In this document: piece after piece, positions 19,401 through 28,115 of the stretch | Position numbering within the stretch: the stretch's first letter is position 1 | Layout: each line of letters opens with the position of its first letter | Source: Clostridia bacterium | Lineage (GTDB): Bacteria; Bacillota; Clostridia; Oscillospirales; Acutalibacteraceae | Length of the DNA: 37,005 nt | NCBI GenBank assembly: GCA_017552845.1 | Contig: JAFZOE010000239.1 | Span: 1 to 37,005, forward strand | Direction: 5' to 3' | Position numbers and translations under genes: made by a program | The notes under the pieces: generated by a model | The model's input: the letters and a program-made list of their open reading frames with translations, nothing else | The model's database searches: none | Told to the model about the DNA's origin: nothing

Positions 19401-19529
19401 GCCGCAGCCGGACTGACCGAGGATGGAGACGAATTCACTTCTCCTGAAATTCAGGCTGACGCCCTTGAGCGCCACGACCTTTTCGGAGCCGGTCGGGTAT
19501 TCTTTTACGATGTCTTTTAATTTCAGCAT
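16431..19529 (-). CDS. Fused ABC transporter ATP-binding/permease (MacB/FtsX-like)
   Basis: GQSGCGKTT, LSGGQMQR, LADEPTGALD, VTH; C-terminal FtsX-type permease (SVLERTKEIGILRAIGA, DPVVALRTE). Confidence 0.93.
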   Translation of the reverse strand: MLKLKDIVKEYPTGSEKVVALKGVSLNFRRSEFVSILGQSGCGKTTLLNIIGGLDQYTDGDLVIEGKSTKDFKDSDWDNYRNHRVGFVFQSYNLIPHQTVLANVELALTLSGVSKTERKKRAKEALDRVGLSDQLNKKPNQLSGGQMQRVAIARALVNDPEILLADEPTGALDSETSVQVMDILREISRDRLVVMVTHNPELAQEYSTRIIRLLDGKVIDDSAPYSDEEEMSDYAGKSADKKEKKPSMSFFTALSLSLNNLLTKKMRTFLTSFAGSIGIIGIALILSLSSGFQAYIDSIQQETLTSYPMTVDAATMDMNSMLGALSNFGTANADHELDKVYSNAMSQNMLQSYSSGVWFNDLKEFKKFLDSNDEIKQYVSSIQYQYGGKMNIYAEGTGDGANQVYPSPVLEMMTSMMGGINLGAMGIDTSTMESYSKYYNSWQELIDNQELLKNQYDLIDGKWPEKYNETVLIIDKNNEISDLTIQGLGLMSSTDIMNMMMAIMKGEEVETKSFALDYSEIIGRKFKLVTAPEFFEYDEENKEWVDMSGDEEFVKKTIAGGEDITIVGIIRPAEDSVAVATMGTVGYLPSLVEHTAKKTDEAEIVKQQKANPETDVFTGIPFPKTEEEEKADAKEEKKADEKAAEPEKTTAAAKPAAAFEKPVVSSLAYSGEAPQASFTATALPDMSSLPSATEEEIYAKIDQKYSGEEAAKMKRTVELMLKSVLTISERRELIANMNEMLSGYEIPGYGTISGEQAYTYLSMMDKETKLKMLNAMVSGAYDDMGVPVNPEDETPGEEADNPDEKGEEDAQETPAEPEPEPEPEPEPLAGSYDEALEILGVADLSNPKQINIYPKDFESKDIISNIIEEYNESRGEEKSIKYTDFIGIMLKSVTKIVNIISYVLIAFVAISLVVSSIMIGIITYISVLERTKEIGILRAIGASKRDVSRVFNAETLTVGFVSGAIGIGVTLLLIIPINIVIKYLTTLPHVAQLPMNGAIILIIISMFLTFVAGLIPARIASKKDPVVALRTE
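17050..17097 (-). repeat. Pro-Glu coding tandem repeat
   Basis: Encodes PAEPEPEPEPEPEP within the ABC permease extracellular loop. Confidence 0.7.
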
Positions 19530-19542
19530 TTTTATTTCTCTT

Positions 19543-20223
19543 TCATCTTTCGGTTAAATGTTGCGTATCGTTTATGTAATCAAAAACCGTGTCGCCGAAT
19601 TCATAGGTGCCGGGGGCGTAAAACACGATTTTCGTAATTCCCGTATTTGTGAGGCGGAAATCGTAATTCGGCTCTTTATCCCTGTAGCCGGTTATGTAAA
19701 AAATAACATAGGTGAGGAACGCGGCGTGGGAGACGAGCGCGATTTTTTCGCCGTTTTCAAATCTTGAAGCGAGGTATTCGAGCACCTTCTCCGCGCGCTG
19801 AAAATAGCGGGTTTCATCCTCTTTGGGATTATCGTCGCCGATAACGAGCTTTTCTGCGCCTTCGTATCCCTCGGCAATCACGGCCGCGGGGCAGATTTCC
19901 CTGAGCGCTCCGAGAGCCTGACCCGGATAATCGGGGTCAACTCCGATTTCGCATAAATCGGGCAGGATTTCGAGCACATCAGCGCCGCCGTTTTTTATTA
20001 TTCCGTTTGCGGTGGCAACAGCTCTGCGAAGGCCGCTTGAAAAGACGGCGTCGAAGCCGTAGTCCTTAACGAGCTTACCGAGCTTATCGGCCTGAGCGAA
20101 GCCTTTTTCGGAGAGGAGGGGATCGGTGCCGTCAACGGCGTCGGCCGCTTCGATTCCCGCGTTGCCCGTGCTCTCGCCGTGCCTTATCAGATATAATTCC
20201 CTGAGAATTGTTCCTTCAGCCAT
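19543..20223 (-). CDS. Histidine phosphatase family protein
   Basis: LIRHGESTGN, SSGLRRAVATA, LVSHA, NTGIT, NDTQHL. Confidence 0.9.
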   Translation of the reverse strand: MAEGTILRELYLIRHGESTGNAGIEAADAVDGTDPLLSEKGFAQADKLGKLVKDYGFDAVFSSGLRRAVATANGIIKNGGADVLEILPDLCEIGVDPDYPGQALGALREICPAAVIAEGYEGAEKLVIGDDNPKEDETRYFQRAEKVLEYLASRFENGEKIALVSHAAFLTYVIFYITGYRDKEPNYDFRLTNTGITKIVFYAPGTYEFGDTVFDYINDTQHLTER

Positions 20224-20231
20224 ATTTTCCT

Positions 20232-20459
20232 CTAAAATATATCGTCCTTCGGTTTTCTGTCTTTCTTTTTCAAAAGCTTTTCGGGGTCTTTGACAAAGCT
20301 TCTCAGCACGCTGCCGCAGTTTCTGCAGACTGAATGATAAAGTTCCGCGCTGTGCAGGATGCTTTCTGCGTTGGTGACCGCGCCGTATGCGGTCTGACAG
20401 GTTGTGATTATCTCCGAACCGCCGCAGTAGGGGCAGCGGGTAACATACTTATCTGTCAT
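20232..20459 (-). CDS. Small zinc-ribbon protein
   Basis: CPYC...CRNC; GGAG RBS; fills the gap in a minus-strand gene run. Confidence 0.75.
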   Translation of the reverse strand: MTDKYVTRCPYCGGSEIITTCQTAYGAVTNAESILHSAELYHSVCRNCGSVLRSFVKDPEKLLKKKDRKPKDDIF

Positions 20460-20491
20460 TATTTTCTCCGTTATTTCCGTGAAGGAATTAT

Positions 20492-20518
20492 AAAAGCCCG
20501 GTTAAGAGCTAACCGGGC
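20492..20518 (-). terminator. Terminator after the efp operon
   Basis: GCCCGGTTA-GCTCT-TAACCGGGC-TTTT. Confidence 0.75.
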
Positions 20519-20535
20519 CGCAAAGTTTCTGAATA

Positions 20536-20931
20536 TTATTCGTCGGCCTCGTCATCGTCGAAATCAAGGTCGAATTCGAGCTTCTTGCCGCAGTTGGGGC
20601 AGTCCATCGCGCCGTCATCAAGGATTCCGTCGTCAATGGTGATGGTCTCGCCGCAGCCGGGGCAGGTAATCTCATAGAAATCACCGCAGCAGCAGTCGTC
20701 GCCGCATTCATCGCCGTAAACGATGTCTTCAACATCCGCAAGGCACTCGTCAACTTCGTCGATATGCTCCTCGGCATCCGCAAGATCCTCGTCGATTTCG
20801 TCAACAAGGGCTGCCATTTCGTCGAGAGTATCGATCATGGCGAGGATGAGCTTATTGGTATCCTTATCCGCGTCGAGCTTCATGCCGTCCGCAAGGCCTT
20901 TGAGATATGCAACTTTTTCGCTGATAGCCAT
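20536..20931 (-). CDS. CD1247 N-terminal-domain-like acidic zinc-finger protein
   Basis: SEKVAYLKGLADG N-terminus, acidic coil, CPGC..CPNC; this type is commonly found next to efp in Clostridia. Confidence 0.8.
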   Translation of the reverse strand: MAISEKVAYLKGLADGMKLDADKDTNKLILAMIDTLDEMAALVDEIDEDLADAEEHIDEVDECLADVEDIVYGDECGDDCCCGDFYEITCPGCGETITIDDGILDDGAMDCPNCGKKLEFDLDFDDDEADE

Positions 20932-20943
20932 AATGAATCCTCC

Positions 20944-21501
20944 TTATGCTCTGCTGAGATACTCGCCGGTGCGGGTATCGATGGTAATCATTTCGCCCTC
21001 ATCGATGAAGAGGGGGACCTTGACCTCTGCGCCTGTCTCAAGGACGGCGGGCTTGGTCGCGTTGGTGGCGGTGTTGCCTGCGAAGCCGGGATCGGTCTTG
21101 GTGACCTGAAGATCAACGGTGGTCGGGGGCTCTACGCCGAAAACGCTGCCCTTATAGGAAAGGATGCGGCAGGTAACGTTTTCCTTGACAAACTTGAAGT
21201 TTTCGGGAAGCGTATCCTTGCTGATGGGAACCATGTCATAGGTCTCGGGATCCATGAAATAATAGAGATCGCCGTCAACATATGAGAATTCCATATCCTT
21301 GCGCTCGATATAAGCGGTGGGGAACTTATCGGTCGGGTTGAAAGTGCGCTCAGTGACCGCGCCGCCGATGACGTTTCTGATTTTGGTTCTGACGAAAGCG
21401 GCGCCCTTGCCGGGTTTGACATGCTGGAATTCGATGATCTGGTAAACCTGACCGTCCATTTCGAAAGTTACGCCGTTTCTGAAATCGCCTGCTGATACCA
21501 T
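20944..21501 (-). CDS. efp: Elongation factor P
   Basis: EFQHVKPGKGAAFVRTK, PGFAGNTA, VPLFIDEGE..IDTRTGEYLSRA. Confidence 0.98.
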   Translation of the reverse strand: MVSAGDFRNGVTFEMDGQVYQIIEFQHVKPGKGAAFVRTKIRNVIGGAVTERTFNPTDKFPTAYIERKDMEFSYVDGDLYYFMDPETYDMVPISKDTLPENFKFVKENVTCRILSYKGSVFGVEPPTTVDLQVTKTDPGFAGNTATNATKPAVLETGAEVKVPLFIDEGEMITIDTRTGEYLSRA

Positions 21502-21591
21502 AAATAAAGTCTCCTTAATTCAGTAAGATTTATGATTAACAAATCTATTTTATACTATAAATATGCAATTTTCAAGATTTTTTTAATTTGT

Positions 21592-22650
21592 TTACAAAAT
21601 AATGAGGGATTTTTCACATTTGGTGAGGTTTTCATATCCCGTTTCCGTGATGAAAGCCATATCTTCAATGCGGACACCGAATTCGCCGGGGATATATATG
21701 CCGGGCTCGTCCGTCACGATATCGCCCGCCTCGAGAACAGCTTCGCTCCTCGTTGAGAGCGACGGAGCCTCGTGAATATCAACGCCAACACCGTGCCCTG
21801 TGGAGTGGGTGAAATAACTGCCGTAACCCGCTTTTTCAATGACATCCCTCGCCGCTTTATCCGCATCTTTGCAGGGAAGTCCCGGCAGGAGCACATCAAA
21901 GCAGGCCTGCTGAGCCGCGAGCACGGTATTGTAAACTTCCGCCATCTTATCCGTGACGGAGCCGACGGCGACGGTCCTCGTCATATCGCTGTGATAGCCG
22001 CCGAGCAGAGCGCCGTAGTCCATGGTGACGAATTCGCCGCACTCAATTTTTTTATCGGTCGGCACGCCGTGGGGCATTGATGTATTCGCGCCGCTTATCG
22101 CTATCGTTTCAAAAGAGAGGCCGTCTGCGCCGTTTTTCAGCATAAAGAATTCGAGCTCAAGGCGGATATCCTTCTCGCTGACGCCCGGTCTGATGAAGGT
22201 GAGAATATGCTCAAACGCCTTTTCGGCAATTCTCTGCGCCGCGATTATTCTCTCTTTTTCGTATTCTTTTTTGTGCCTTCTCAGATTTGCGACTGCCTCG
22301 TCTGTCTTGCGGGGGCTGACCTCGGAATCAAACATCTTTGAAAGCTTTGAGAAATCGGCGACCGTCAGGTTTTCGGCCTCGGTATAAATCTTATTGATTC
22401 CGAGGGATTTCATAAGAGCGGGCAGTTCCTCATCGGCTTTTTTGAGGAGCATGACCTCGTCGCAGTTTTTCGCTTTTTTTCTCGCCGCTTCGATATATCT
22501 GCCGTCGGTCAGAAGCACGGCTTTTTCCTTTGAAATCACAAGGTAGCCGTCCGATGCCTCGAAATCGGTGAAATAGAATCTGTTGGCCTGCGAAACTATC
22601 AGAAAAGCTTCGCCGGCCTGCAGAGCTGACTGCATTTCTTTGACTGACAT
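21592..22650 (-). CDS. Xaa-Pro aminopeptidase (M24 family)
   Basis: TDGRY, SMPHG, DYG..YHSDMTRT, HSTGHGVG..IHEAP, EPGIY, GVRIED. Confidence 0.93.
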   Translation of the reverse strand: MSVKEMQSALQAGEAFLIVSQANRFYFTDFEASDGYLVISKEKAVLLTDGRYIEAARKKAKNCDEVMLLKKADEELPALMKSLGINKIYTEAENLTVADFSKLSKMFDSEVSPRKTDEAVANLRRHKKEYEKERIIAAQRIAEKAFEHILTFIRPGVSEKDIRLELEFFMLKNGADGLSFETIAISGANTSMPHGVPTDKKIECGEFVTMDYGALLGGYHSDMTRTVAVGSVTDKMAEVYNTVLAAQQACFDVLLPGLPCKDADKAARDVIEKAGYGSYFTHSTGHGVGVDIHEAPSLSTRSEAVLEAGDIVTDEPGIYIPGEFGVRIEDMAFITETGYENLTKCEKSLIIL

Positions 22651-22672
22651 AATTATCTTCTTTCGCTTTGAA

Positions 22673-23254
22673 TTACTGCCTCGCGAGCAGTTCCTTTATT
22701 CTTCTGACCGTCAGGGCGACGGGCAGGCCGACTATATTGCAGTAATCGCCGTTTATGCTCTCGACGAGCATCATTCCCTTGCCCTGAATACCGTAAGCGC
22801 CCGCCTTATCCATAGGCTCGCCGCTCGCGACATAGTGGCGGATTTCGTCATCGGTCAGCTCATAGAATTTGACCTTGCTCGAGCAGTGGAAGGTCTCGTA
22901 TTTGCCCTTATACGCAAGGCAAACGCCGGTTATGACCTCGTGCTCCTGGCCCGAGAGCTTTTTAAGCATATCCGCCGCGTCCGCCTTATCCTTCGGCTTT
23001 CCGAGGATTTCATCGCCGAGCACTACTATTGTATCCGCGCCGATAACGACCGCCTCGGTATTCATAAATGCGACCGCCATAGCCTTCACGGCGGCGGTGT
23101 GCTCAGCGCCCTCGGCTGGGGACATGCCCTCGGGAACGGTCTCGTCCACGCTCTTTATGCAGATATCGAATTTGACCTCCGCTTTTGAGAGCAGCTCGCG
23201 CCTTCTGGGCGAGGAGGAGGCGAGAATTATCTTAGCCTGTATATCCTTACTCAT
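22673..23254 (-). CDS. maf: Maf family nucleotide pyrophosphatase
   Basis: ILASSSPRRRELL, IGADTIV, GKP, DKAGAYGIQG, NIVGLP. Confidence 0.95.
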   Translation of the reverse strand: MSKDIQAKIILASSSPRRRELLSKAEVKFDICIKSVDETVPEGMSPAEGAEHTAAVKAMAVAFMNTEAVVIGADTIVVLGDEILGKPKDKADAADMLKKLSGQEHEVITGVCLAYKGKYETFHCSSKVKFYELTDDEIRHYVASGEPMDKAGAYGIQGKGMMLVESINGDYCNIVGLPVALTVRRIKELLARQ

Positions 23255-23796
23255 ATTTTACCTTCTTTTATGAGATTTGCGACCTTCAGGACGAGAGCCT
23301 GCGTCTTGCCGTCGCGGATTTCGTTATTCATAACCATCTCAACCGCTTTTTCAACGGGAACACTGCTGACGGTCAGAAATTCGTCATCATCTAAGTTCAT
23401 CCGGGTTTTGTGAAGATTATAAGCCGCGTAGAGGTGGATAATCTCGCCGCAGTAGCCGGGCGAGGGATAGAATTTGCCGCAGTCGATATAGTTACCGGCG
23501 ACACAGCCGGTCTCCTCCTCGAGCTCGCGTTTGCCCGCCTCAAAGGGATCTTCGCCCTTCTCCAGCTTGCCCGCGGGCAGCTCGAGCACGACCTCCATAT
23601 AGGGATATCTGAACTGCTCGACAAAAATCAGCTCTCCGTCGGCGGTGAGCGGCGCCACGCAGACTCCGCCCGGATGCTCGACCACCTCGCGGATTGCTTC
23701 GGCTCCGTTGGGGAGCAGGGCGTCATCGCGCCTGACGGTTATTATTTTGCCTTCGTAAATATAATTCTTCTTGATTGTTTTTTCGGTCAGATCCAT
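23251..23796 (-). CDS. nudF: NUDIX hydrolase (ADP-ribose pyrophosphatase-like)
   Basis: REVVEHPGG, QFRYP, ELPAGKLE..RELEEETG Nudix box, YPSPG, DGKT. Confidence 0.9.
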   Translation of the reverse strand: MDLTEKTIKKNYIYEGKIITVRRDDALLPNGAEAIREVVEHPGGVCVAPLTADGELIFVEQFRYPYMEVVLELPAGKLEKGEDPFEAGKRELEEETGCVAGNYIDCGKFYPSPGYCGEIIHLYAAYNLHKTRMNLDDDEFLTVSSVPVEKAVEMVMNNEIRDGKTQALVLKVANLIKEGKI

Positions 23797-23986
23797 AGGC
23801 TGTTTCCTCCCTTGAAATCCCGATTTTCCGCCTTGTATTATAGCATAAAGATATAAAAAATAGATTAGGCAACCCGCACAAAAATTACCCTGTTTTTTAG
23901 TCTATATTGTTATATTTAATTTTATCCTTAAAAATGATATAATAACTGTGTATTATGCGGAATTGCCGCAAAAAGGAGAAGATTCA

Positions 23987-25366
23987 ATGAAGAATCAGTT
24001 TTACTGTGCAAAAGAAAACGGCAAGCTGAATTATCTGCATACCGCTTTCACGGGCTTCGGCTTCATGGCGGTCCAGATTGCGTGGATAATCTACAATGCC
24101 TATGTTCCCCTTATCCTCAAAGAGAATCCGACCATTTCAAATCTCGCCTGGGCGGGAACTGCGGTCGGTATCATAATGGTTATCGATAATGTTTTCGGCG
24201 TAGTATTCCAGCCGCTTTTCGGCAGAATTTCGGACAGAACGCATACCCGCTTCGGCAAGAGAACGCCTTTCCTCATGTATGGTATTCCCGTCTGCGCCCT
24301 GCTGTTTATTCTCATCCCGAGAATCCAGCTTCTCGGCGTGCTGATGCTTGACATAATCGTTTTCAATTTCATTATGTCCACCTGGCGTTCGCCCGTTGTC
24401 GCTCTTATGCCCGACTTCACCCCCTCCGAGATAAGAGGCGAGGGTAACGCGGTCATCAATATCATGGGCGGCGTCGGCGTCGTTCTCGGCACCGTTGCCG
24501 GCAAGGTCATCACCGCTCTCATGCCCGGTCTCACCGAGGCTCAGATAAGAAACAGAGTATTCATCCTCGGCGCGATTGTAATGGTTATCTGCCTCTTCGT
24601 CGTCGTATTCGTCGTCAGAGAGCCCGATAACAGAATCTCCAAGGCGGAGGCCGCAGAGCTCGCCGCCGAATTCGAAAAGAAAAAGGCGAAGGCCGAAGGC
24701 AAGGCCGGCATCAGGCAGATGGGCCTCTCCAAGGGCGAAAAGAAGAGCCTGATCTTCATGCTCGTCGCTCTTTTCTTCAATTCAAACGCGACCGACTCGG
24801 TCAACACCTATTTCACCACCTTCGCGAAATATGAGCTTAAATTCACGGAAGCCAACGCTTCTCTCGTCATAACCCTCTTTGCCGCGGCCACCGTTATCGG
24901 CGCTATTCCCGCAGGCAAACTCGGCCAGAAATTCGGCAGGAAAAAGACGATTATGTCCGGCTGGATCGGCGCACTCGCTCTGTTTCTGGTTTACTTCGCG
25001 ACCAAATGGATGCCGCTGCTCTACGCCGCAATCGTATTCGGCGGAATCTTCATCGCATTTGTTACCATCAACACCCTTCCGCTTGTTCTTGAAATCGGCG
25101 GTCTCGAGAGAGTCGGCACCTTCACCGGTTACTACTACACGGCAACCTTCTCGGCCTCAATCGTCGGCCCCGTTCTCGTCGGCGGTATGTTTGACCTTAC
25201 GAAGGCCTTCTCGTCAAGCGGTCAGATCAACTACTGGTCACTCTTTGTTTACTGCCCGATCTGCTTCGCTCTCGCGCTTATCTGCATGAGCCAGGTCAAG
25301 CACGGCGAAACCCAGACCATTTCAGACGAAATGATAGACCAGATCCGCGACGAAAACGAAGATTAA
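23987..25366 (+). CDS. MFS sugar (maltose/glycoside-type) transporter
   Basis: QPLFGRISDRTHTRFGKRTPF, ALMPD, GTFTGYYY, about 12 TM segments. ATG 23987 follows AAGGAG. Confidence 0.9.
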   Translation: MKNQFYCAKENGKLNYLHTAFTGFGFMAVQIAWIIYNAYVPLILKENPTISNLAWAGTAVGIIMVIDNVFGVVFQPLFGRISDRTHTRFGKRTPFLMYGIPVCALLFILIPRIQLLGVLMLDIIVFNFIMSTWRSPVVALMPDFTPSEIRGEGNAVINIMGGVGVVLGTVAGKVITALMPGLTEAQIRNRVFILGAIVMVICLFVVVFVVREPDNRISKAEAAELAAEFEKKKAKAEGKAGIRQMGLSKGEKKSLIFMLVALFFNSNATDSVNTYFTTFAKYELKFTEANASLVITLFAAATVIGAIPAGKLGQKFGRKKTIMSGWIGALALFLVYFATKWMPLLYAAIVFGGIFIAFVTINTLPLVLEIGGLERVGTFTGYYYTATFSASIVGPVLVGGMFDLTKAFSSSGQINYWSLFVYCPICFALALICMSQVKHGETQTISDEMIDQIRDENED

Positions 25367-25387
25367 TAAACTCAAATAATTCCGATT

Positions 25388-25419
25388 GCGCCCTCTCCGA
25401 GAACGGAGAGGGTGTTTTT
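25388..25419 (+). terminator. Terminator after the MFS gene
   Basis: GCGCCCTCTCCG-AGAA-CGGAGAGGGTGT-TTTT. Confidence 0.8.
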
Positions 25420-25431
25420 GAGTGAAACGAA

Positions 25432-25635
25432 AAAACGGGTGTGGCGATACAAGTTTAATTGTATTTTGATTTCAGCGGCTTGCCGCATTTAAGCGAAAAA
25501 CAAACAGACAATTAGTATTAAAGAAACCCGCAGGGAAACTTAACTCCGCGGGTTTTGATTTTTAGAGCTTATTCGGAATAATTATTTTATTTTGTCTGTT
25601 TTTGATTATTAATAAAAAAGTTATTTATTGCAACA
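25432..25635. repeat. Structured intergenic repeat element, copy 2
   Basis: AAAACGGGTGT (also at 10411-10421), 28-mer CGCATTTAAGCGAAAAACAAACAGACAA, AAACCCGC-N16-GCGGGTTT, TTGTCTGTTTT. Boundaries are approximate. Confidence 0.7.
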
Positions 25636-25686
25636 AATTACTATTTATTTTACACTAATATAAAATGATATTAAGGATGTGTTATT

Positions 25687-26286
25687 ATGAAAAAGATTAT
25701 TTCGATCATTCTTGCTTTGTTTATAGTGTGCGGGTATATATCGGTTGCTTTTGCATACAATCCCGACGATTTTGAAAACAAATACGGAGGCAAAGATGTT
25801 ACCGATAAAGTCTCTGTTATGGTTGATGCACCGGCATACATGCTCGATAAATGCAAGTTGATTGTTAACGGCAACGAAATAAGCGATCATATTGAAGATG
25901 TCAAGATTTACTATGACGGTAATAAAACCGACAGTCATAATGTTCAGGCACAGATACCTTTTATTACTGTTATTAAAGAACTCGGGGCAAAAGTATTTTG
26001 GTTCAGCGATAACACTGCAATAATCATATTCAGAGGAGTTCTTTTTTATCTGAATATTGATAAAAAATTTCTCGCAACTTCGAATCCATTAGGATGGCCG
26101 ATGATTAATCTGTTCCAACCACTTTTTCTTGCGGGCGGTGTATATATAGGAGAATACACGAAGCTTAAAAGAGAGTGCATAATCGACAACCGAACAGATT
26201 TTCAATTCTTTTGCGCATTAAGTGGCGGAAACATAAAAACAAATATTGATTTAGAAACCGCAACAATAACAATTGAAAGCAAATAA
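25687..26286 (+). CDS. AT-rich secreted hypothetical protein with weak resemblance to the copper-amine-oxidase N-terminal/stalk domain
   Basis: Signal peptide MKKIISIILALF..AFA; LIVNG, IPFITVIKELGAKVFW and TITI motifs; codon usage visibly more AT-rich than its neighbours. Confidence 0.7.
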   Translation: MKKIISIILALFIVCGYISVAFAYNPDDFENKYGGKDVTDKVSVMVDAPAYMLDKCKLIVNGNEISDHIEDVKIYYDGNKTDSHNVQAQIPFITVIKELGAKVFWFSDNTAIIIFRGVLFYLNIDKKFLATSNPLGWPMINLFQPLFLAGGVYIGEYTKLKRECIIDNRTDFQFFCALSGGNIKTNIDLETATITIESK

Positions 26287-26311
26287 AACAAACTATTTGA
26301 ATAGACGAAAC

Positions 26312-26347
26312 CAAGGGTACGAAGGCTTAATAACCTTCATACCCTTG
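26312..26347. other. Long hairpin (terminator or mobile-element end remnant)
   Basis: CAAGGGTACGAAGG-N8-CCTTCATACCCTTG, without a T-tract on the plus strand. Confidence 0.5.
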
Positions 26348-26422
26348 ACCTTGTCCACCGCTGTTTGACAGCAAGCGCTATTATTTTGATTGCCAGTCTA
26401 TGGGAGGCAGGCGCTTTTTCGT

Positions 26423-26842
26423 TTATTTTTTCTTTCTTATCAGGTCAGCCATTTTCAGAAAATCGTTGCTTTTCATCAGGGCGATACCCGTGCCCTCATC
26501 GCCGAGCACAACAAGGCTGTCGCCCGGATTGATGCCGAAAACCTTGCGGGCCTTCGCGGGAATCACTATCTGCCCCTTTTCGCCCATTGTGACTATTCCG
26601 AAAAGGTGCTTGCCTTTCGGCGGAACCTCAAGCCCGAAGGCGTCATCCGCGCCGAAGTTGACGAGCTCGTCGAGCGTCACGCCGAAGATTTCGGCGATAA
26701 GTCTGCTCTTTTCGAGGTCGGGGACCGTCTCTCCGCTCTCCCATTTCGCGACCGCCTGCCTTGAAACACCGAGCTTTTCGGCAAGAGCCTCCTGCGTCAT
26801 GGAATTGCGTTTTCTTAAACTCAGCAGATTTTCAGCGAACAT
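26423..26842 (-). CDS. XRE-family HTH regulator fused to an AbrB/SpoVT-like domain
   Basis: MTQEALAEKLGVSRQAVAKWESGETVPD plus VTMGEKGQIVIPAKARKVFGINPGD. Confidence 0.9.
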   Translation of the reverse strand: MFAENLLSLRKRNSMTQEALAEKLGVSRQAVAKWESGETVPDLEKSRLIAEIFGVTLDELVNFGADDAFGLEVPPKGKHLFGIVTMGEKGQIVIPAKARKVFGINPGDSLVVLGDEGTGIALMKSNDFLKMADLIRKKK

Positions 26843-27929
26843 CGGCGGCCGCCTCCTTTTCTTTCTTTTTATTGCTCTTTATTCCCAGAACGGCCCATCT
26901 CACAAAGGGTATTCTTGAAATAATCTCGTTGAGGATGAATCCCCCCGCAAAGCCGCAGACAAGGACGGTAAGATAAACCGCGAGGGCGGGAACATCCGTA
27001 TATTTTGTCAGCAGATAAGCGCTTGCCGAGAGCGGCAGATAATGGAAAACATAAAGCCCGAAACTGCGCTTTTTCATAAAGCGTGTGAAGCCGTTTTCTT
27101 TATTTCCGTATTTATACACGAGTCCGAGCGCTGCGAGGCAGAAAGTCCAGGCATAGGCGATTGCGGGAATCGAATTGAAAACGGGATTTTCGGCATAGTT
27201 GTCGCCGAAATGCAGATAAATATAAACGCCCGCGAGGATGACGGCGGCGATGCCGAGAGGAATGCCGAATCTGCTTATGCGCTCAATAACTTCATCGTGG
27301 GCGAATACAAAATATCCGAGGAAGAACGTCATAGCGTAAATGCCGAATCTGTAGCAGACGATGACGGGTGTGTTGAGAATGAAACTCGAGCCGTAAACGG
27401 GCAGCACAAGCGCGAGAGCGACAAGGATATTCGACTTGCCCGCGAGCTCATACAGTTTGCCTTTCTCAAATTTGCGGATGAACGCGAGCACCATCGAAAA
27501 CAGCCAAAGCATCTGGATGAACCAGAGCACGCCGACGCCGGAAACGGCCATAATCGGATACAGAAACGCTTTCGGTGCTTCAATTTTATCAAAGGCTCCG
27601 CTGAGCTGCATATTGAAATAGCCCTGAATCCACTGAAAAACAAACAGGCCGATTGTTGAGGGAACGAGCAGTTTTGTCGTTCTCGACTTCACGAATTCCT
27701 TTATCGTGTGATTATCAAGATAATACCTCGAGCACATGCCGGCAACGATAAAGAGCAGAATCATCATCCAGGGGTAGAGGATATACTGCAGCGAATCCTG
27801 AAATCTGAAGCGGCTTATCGGGCCGATGATGCCCGCGGAAGCCTCGGCGTTGAACATGTATATCACATGGTAGATGACGACCGAGAGTATTGTGAACGAG
27901 CGGATGTTGTCAAGGTAATGTTTTCTCAT
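26832..27929 (-). CDS. Acyltransferase family 3 membrane protein
   Basis: HYLDNIR, MILLFIVAG, KLLVP, LWFIQML, SFGLYVFH; multiple TM helices. Confidence 0.88.
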   Translation of the reverse strand: MRKHYLDNIRSFTILSVVIYHVIYMFNAEASAGIIGPISRFRFQDSLQYILYPWMMILLFIVAGMCSRYYLDNHTIKEFVKSRTTKLLVPSTIGLFVFQWIQGYFNMQLSGAFDKIEAPKAFLYPIMAVSGVGVLWFIQMLWLFSMVLAFIRKFEKGKLYELAGKSNILVALALVLPVYGSSFILNTPVIVCYRFGIYAMTFFLGYFVFAHDEVIERISRFGIPLGIAAVILAGVYIYLHFGDNYAENPVFNSIPAIAYAWTFCLAALGLVYKYGNKENGFTRFMKKRSFGLYVFHYLPLSASAYLLTKYTDVPALAVYLTVLVCGFAGGFILNEIISRIPFVRWAVLGIKSNKKKEKEAAADVR

Positions 27930-27997
27930 AATAATCCCACCTTTCATACACCTTAAAAACCGGCGGGCGGTTTCGGCCTGCCCGCTTTTACAGGCAT

Positions 27998-28026
27998 ATT
28001 ATAACCCTTGCGGCGCTCATTGTCCA
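27998..28026 (-). promoter_or_regulatory. Sigma-A promoter of the acyltransferase-XRE operon
   Basis: TGGACA-17-TATAAT. Confidence 0.7.
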
Positions 28027-28072
28027 CCAACCGAAGCAAACATTTTTAACATTATTTGTTAATTTGGGTTGC

Positions 28073-28098
28073 AAAAACCCGGAGCTTAACGCTCCGGG
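28073..28098 (-). terminator. Terminator after the sugar kinase gene
   Basis: CCCGGAGC-GTTAA-GCTCCGGG-TTTTT. Confidence 0.8.
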
Positions 28099-28115
28099 CA
28101 GTGTAAAGTATTTGC

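Noticed and set aside
20232-20234. Genome-wide TAG reassignment as the explanation for the GH16 amber codon
   Set aside because: The zinc-ribbon gene ends plausibly at TAG just before the next gene's RBS and start, and no other gene in the window has an internal TAG.
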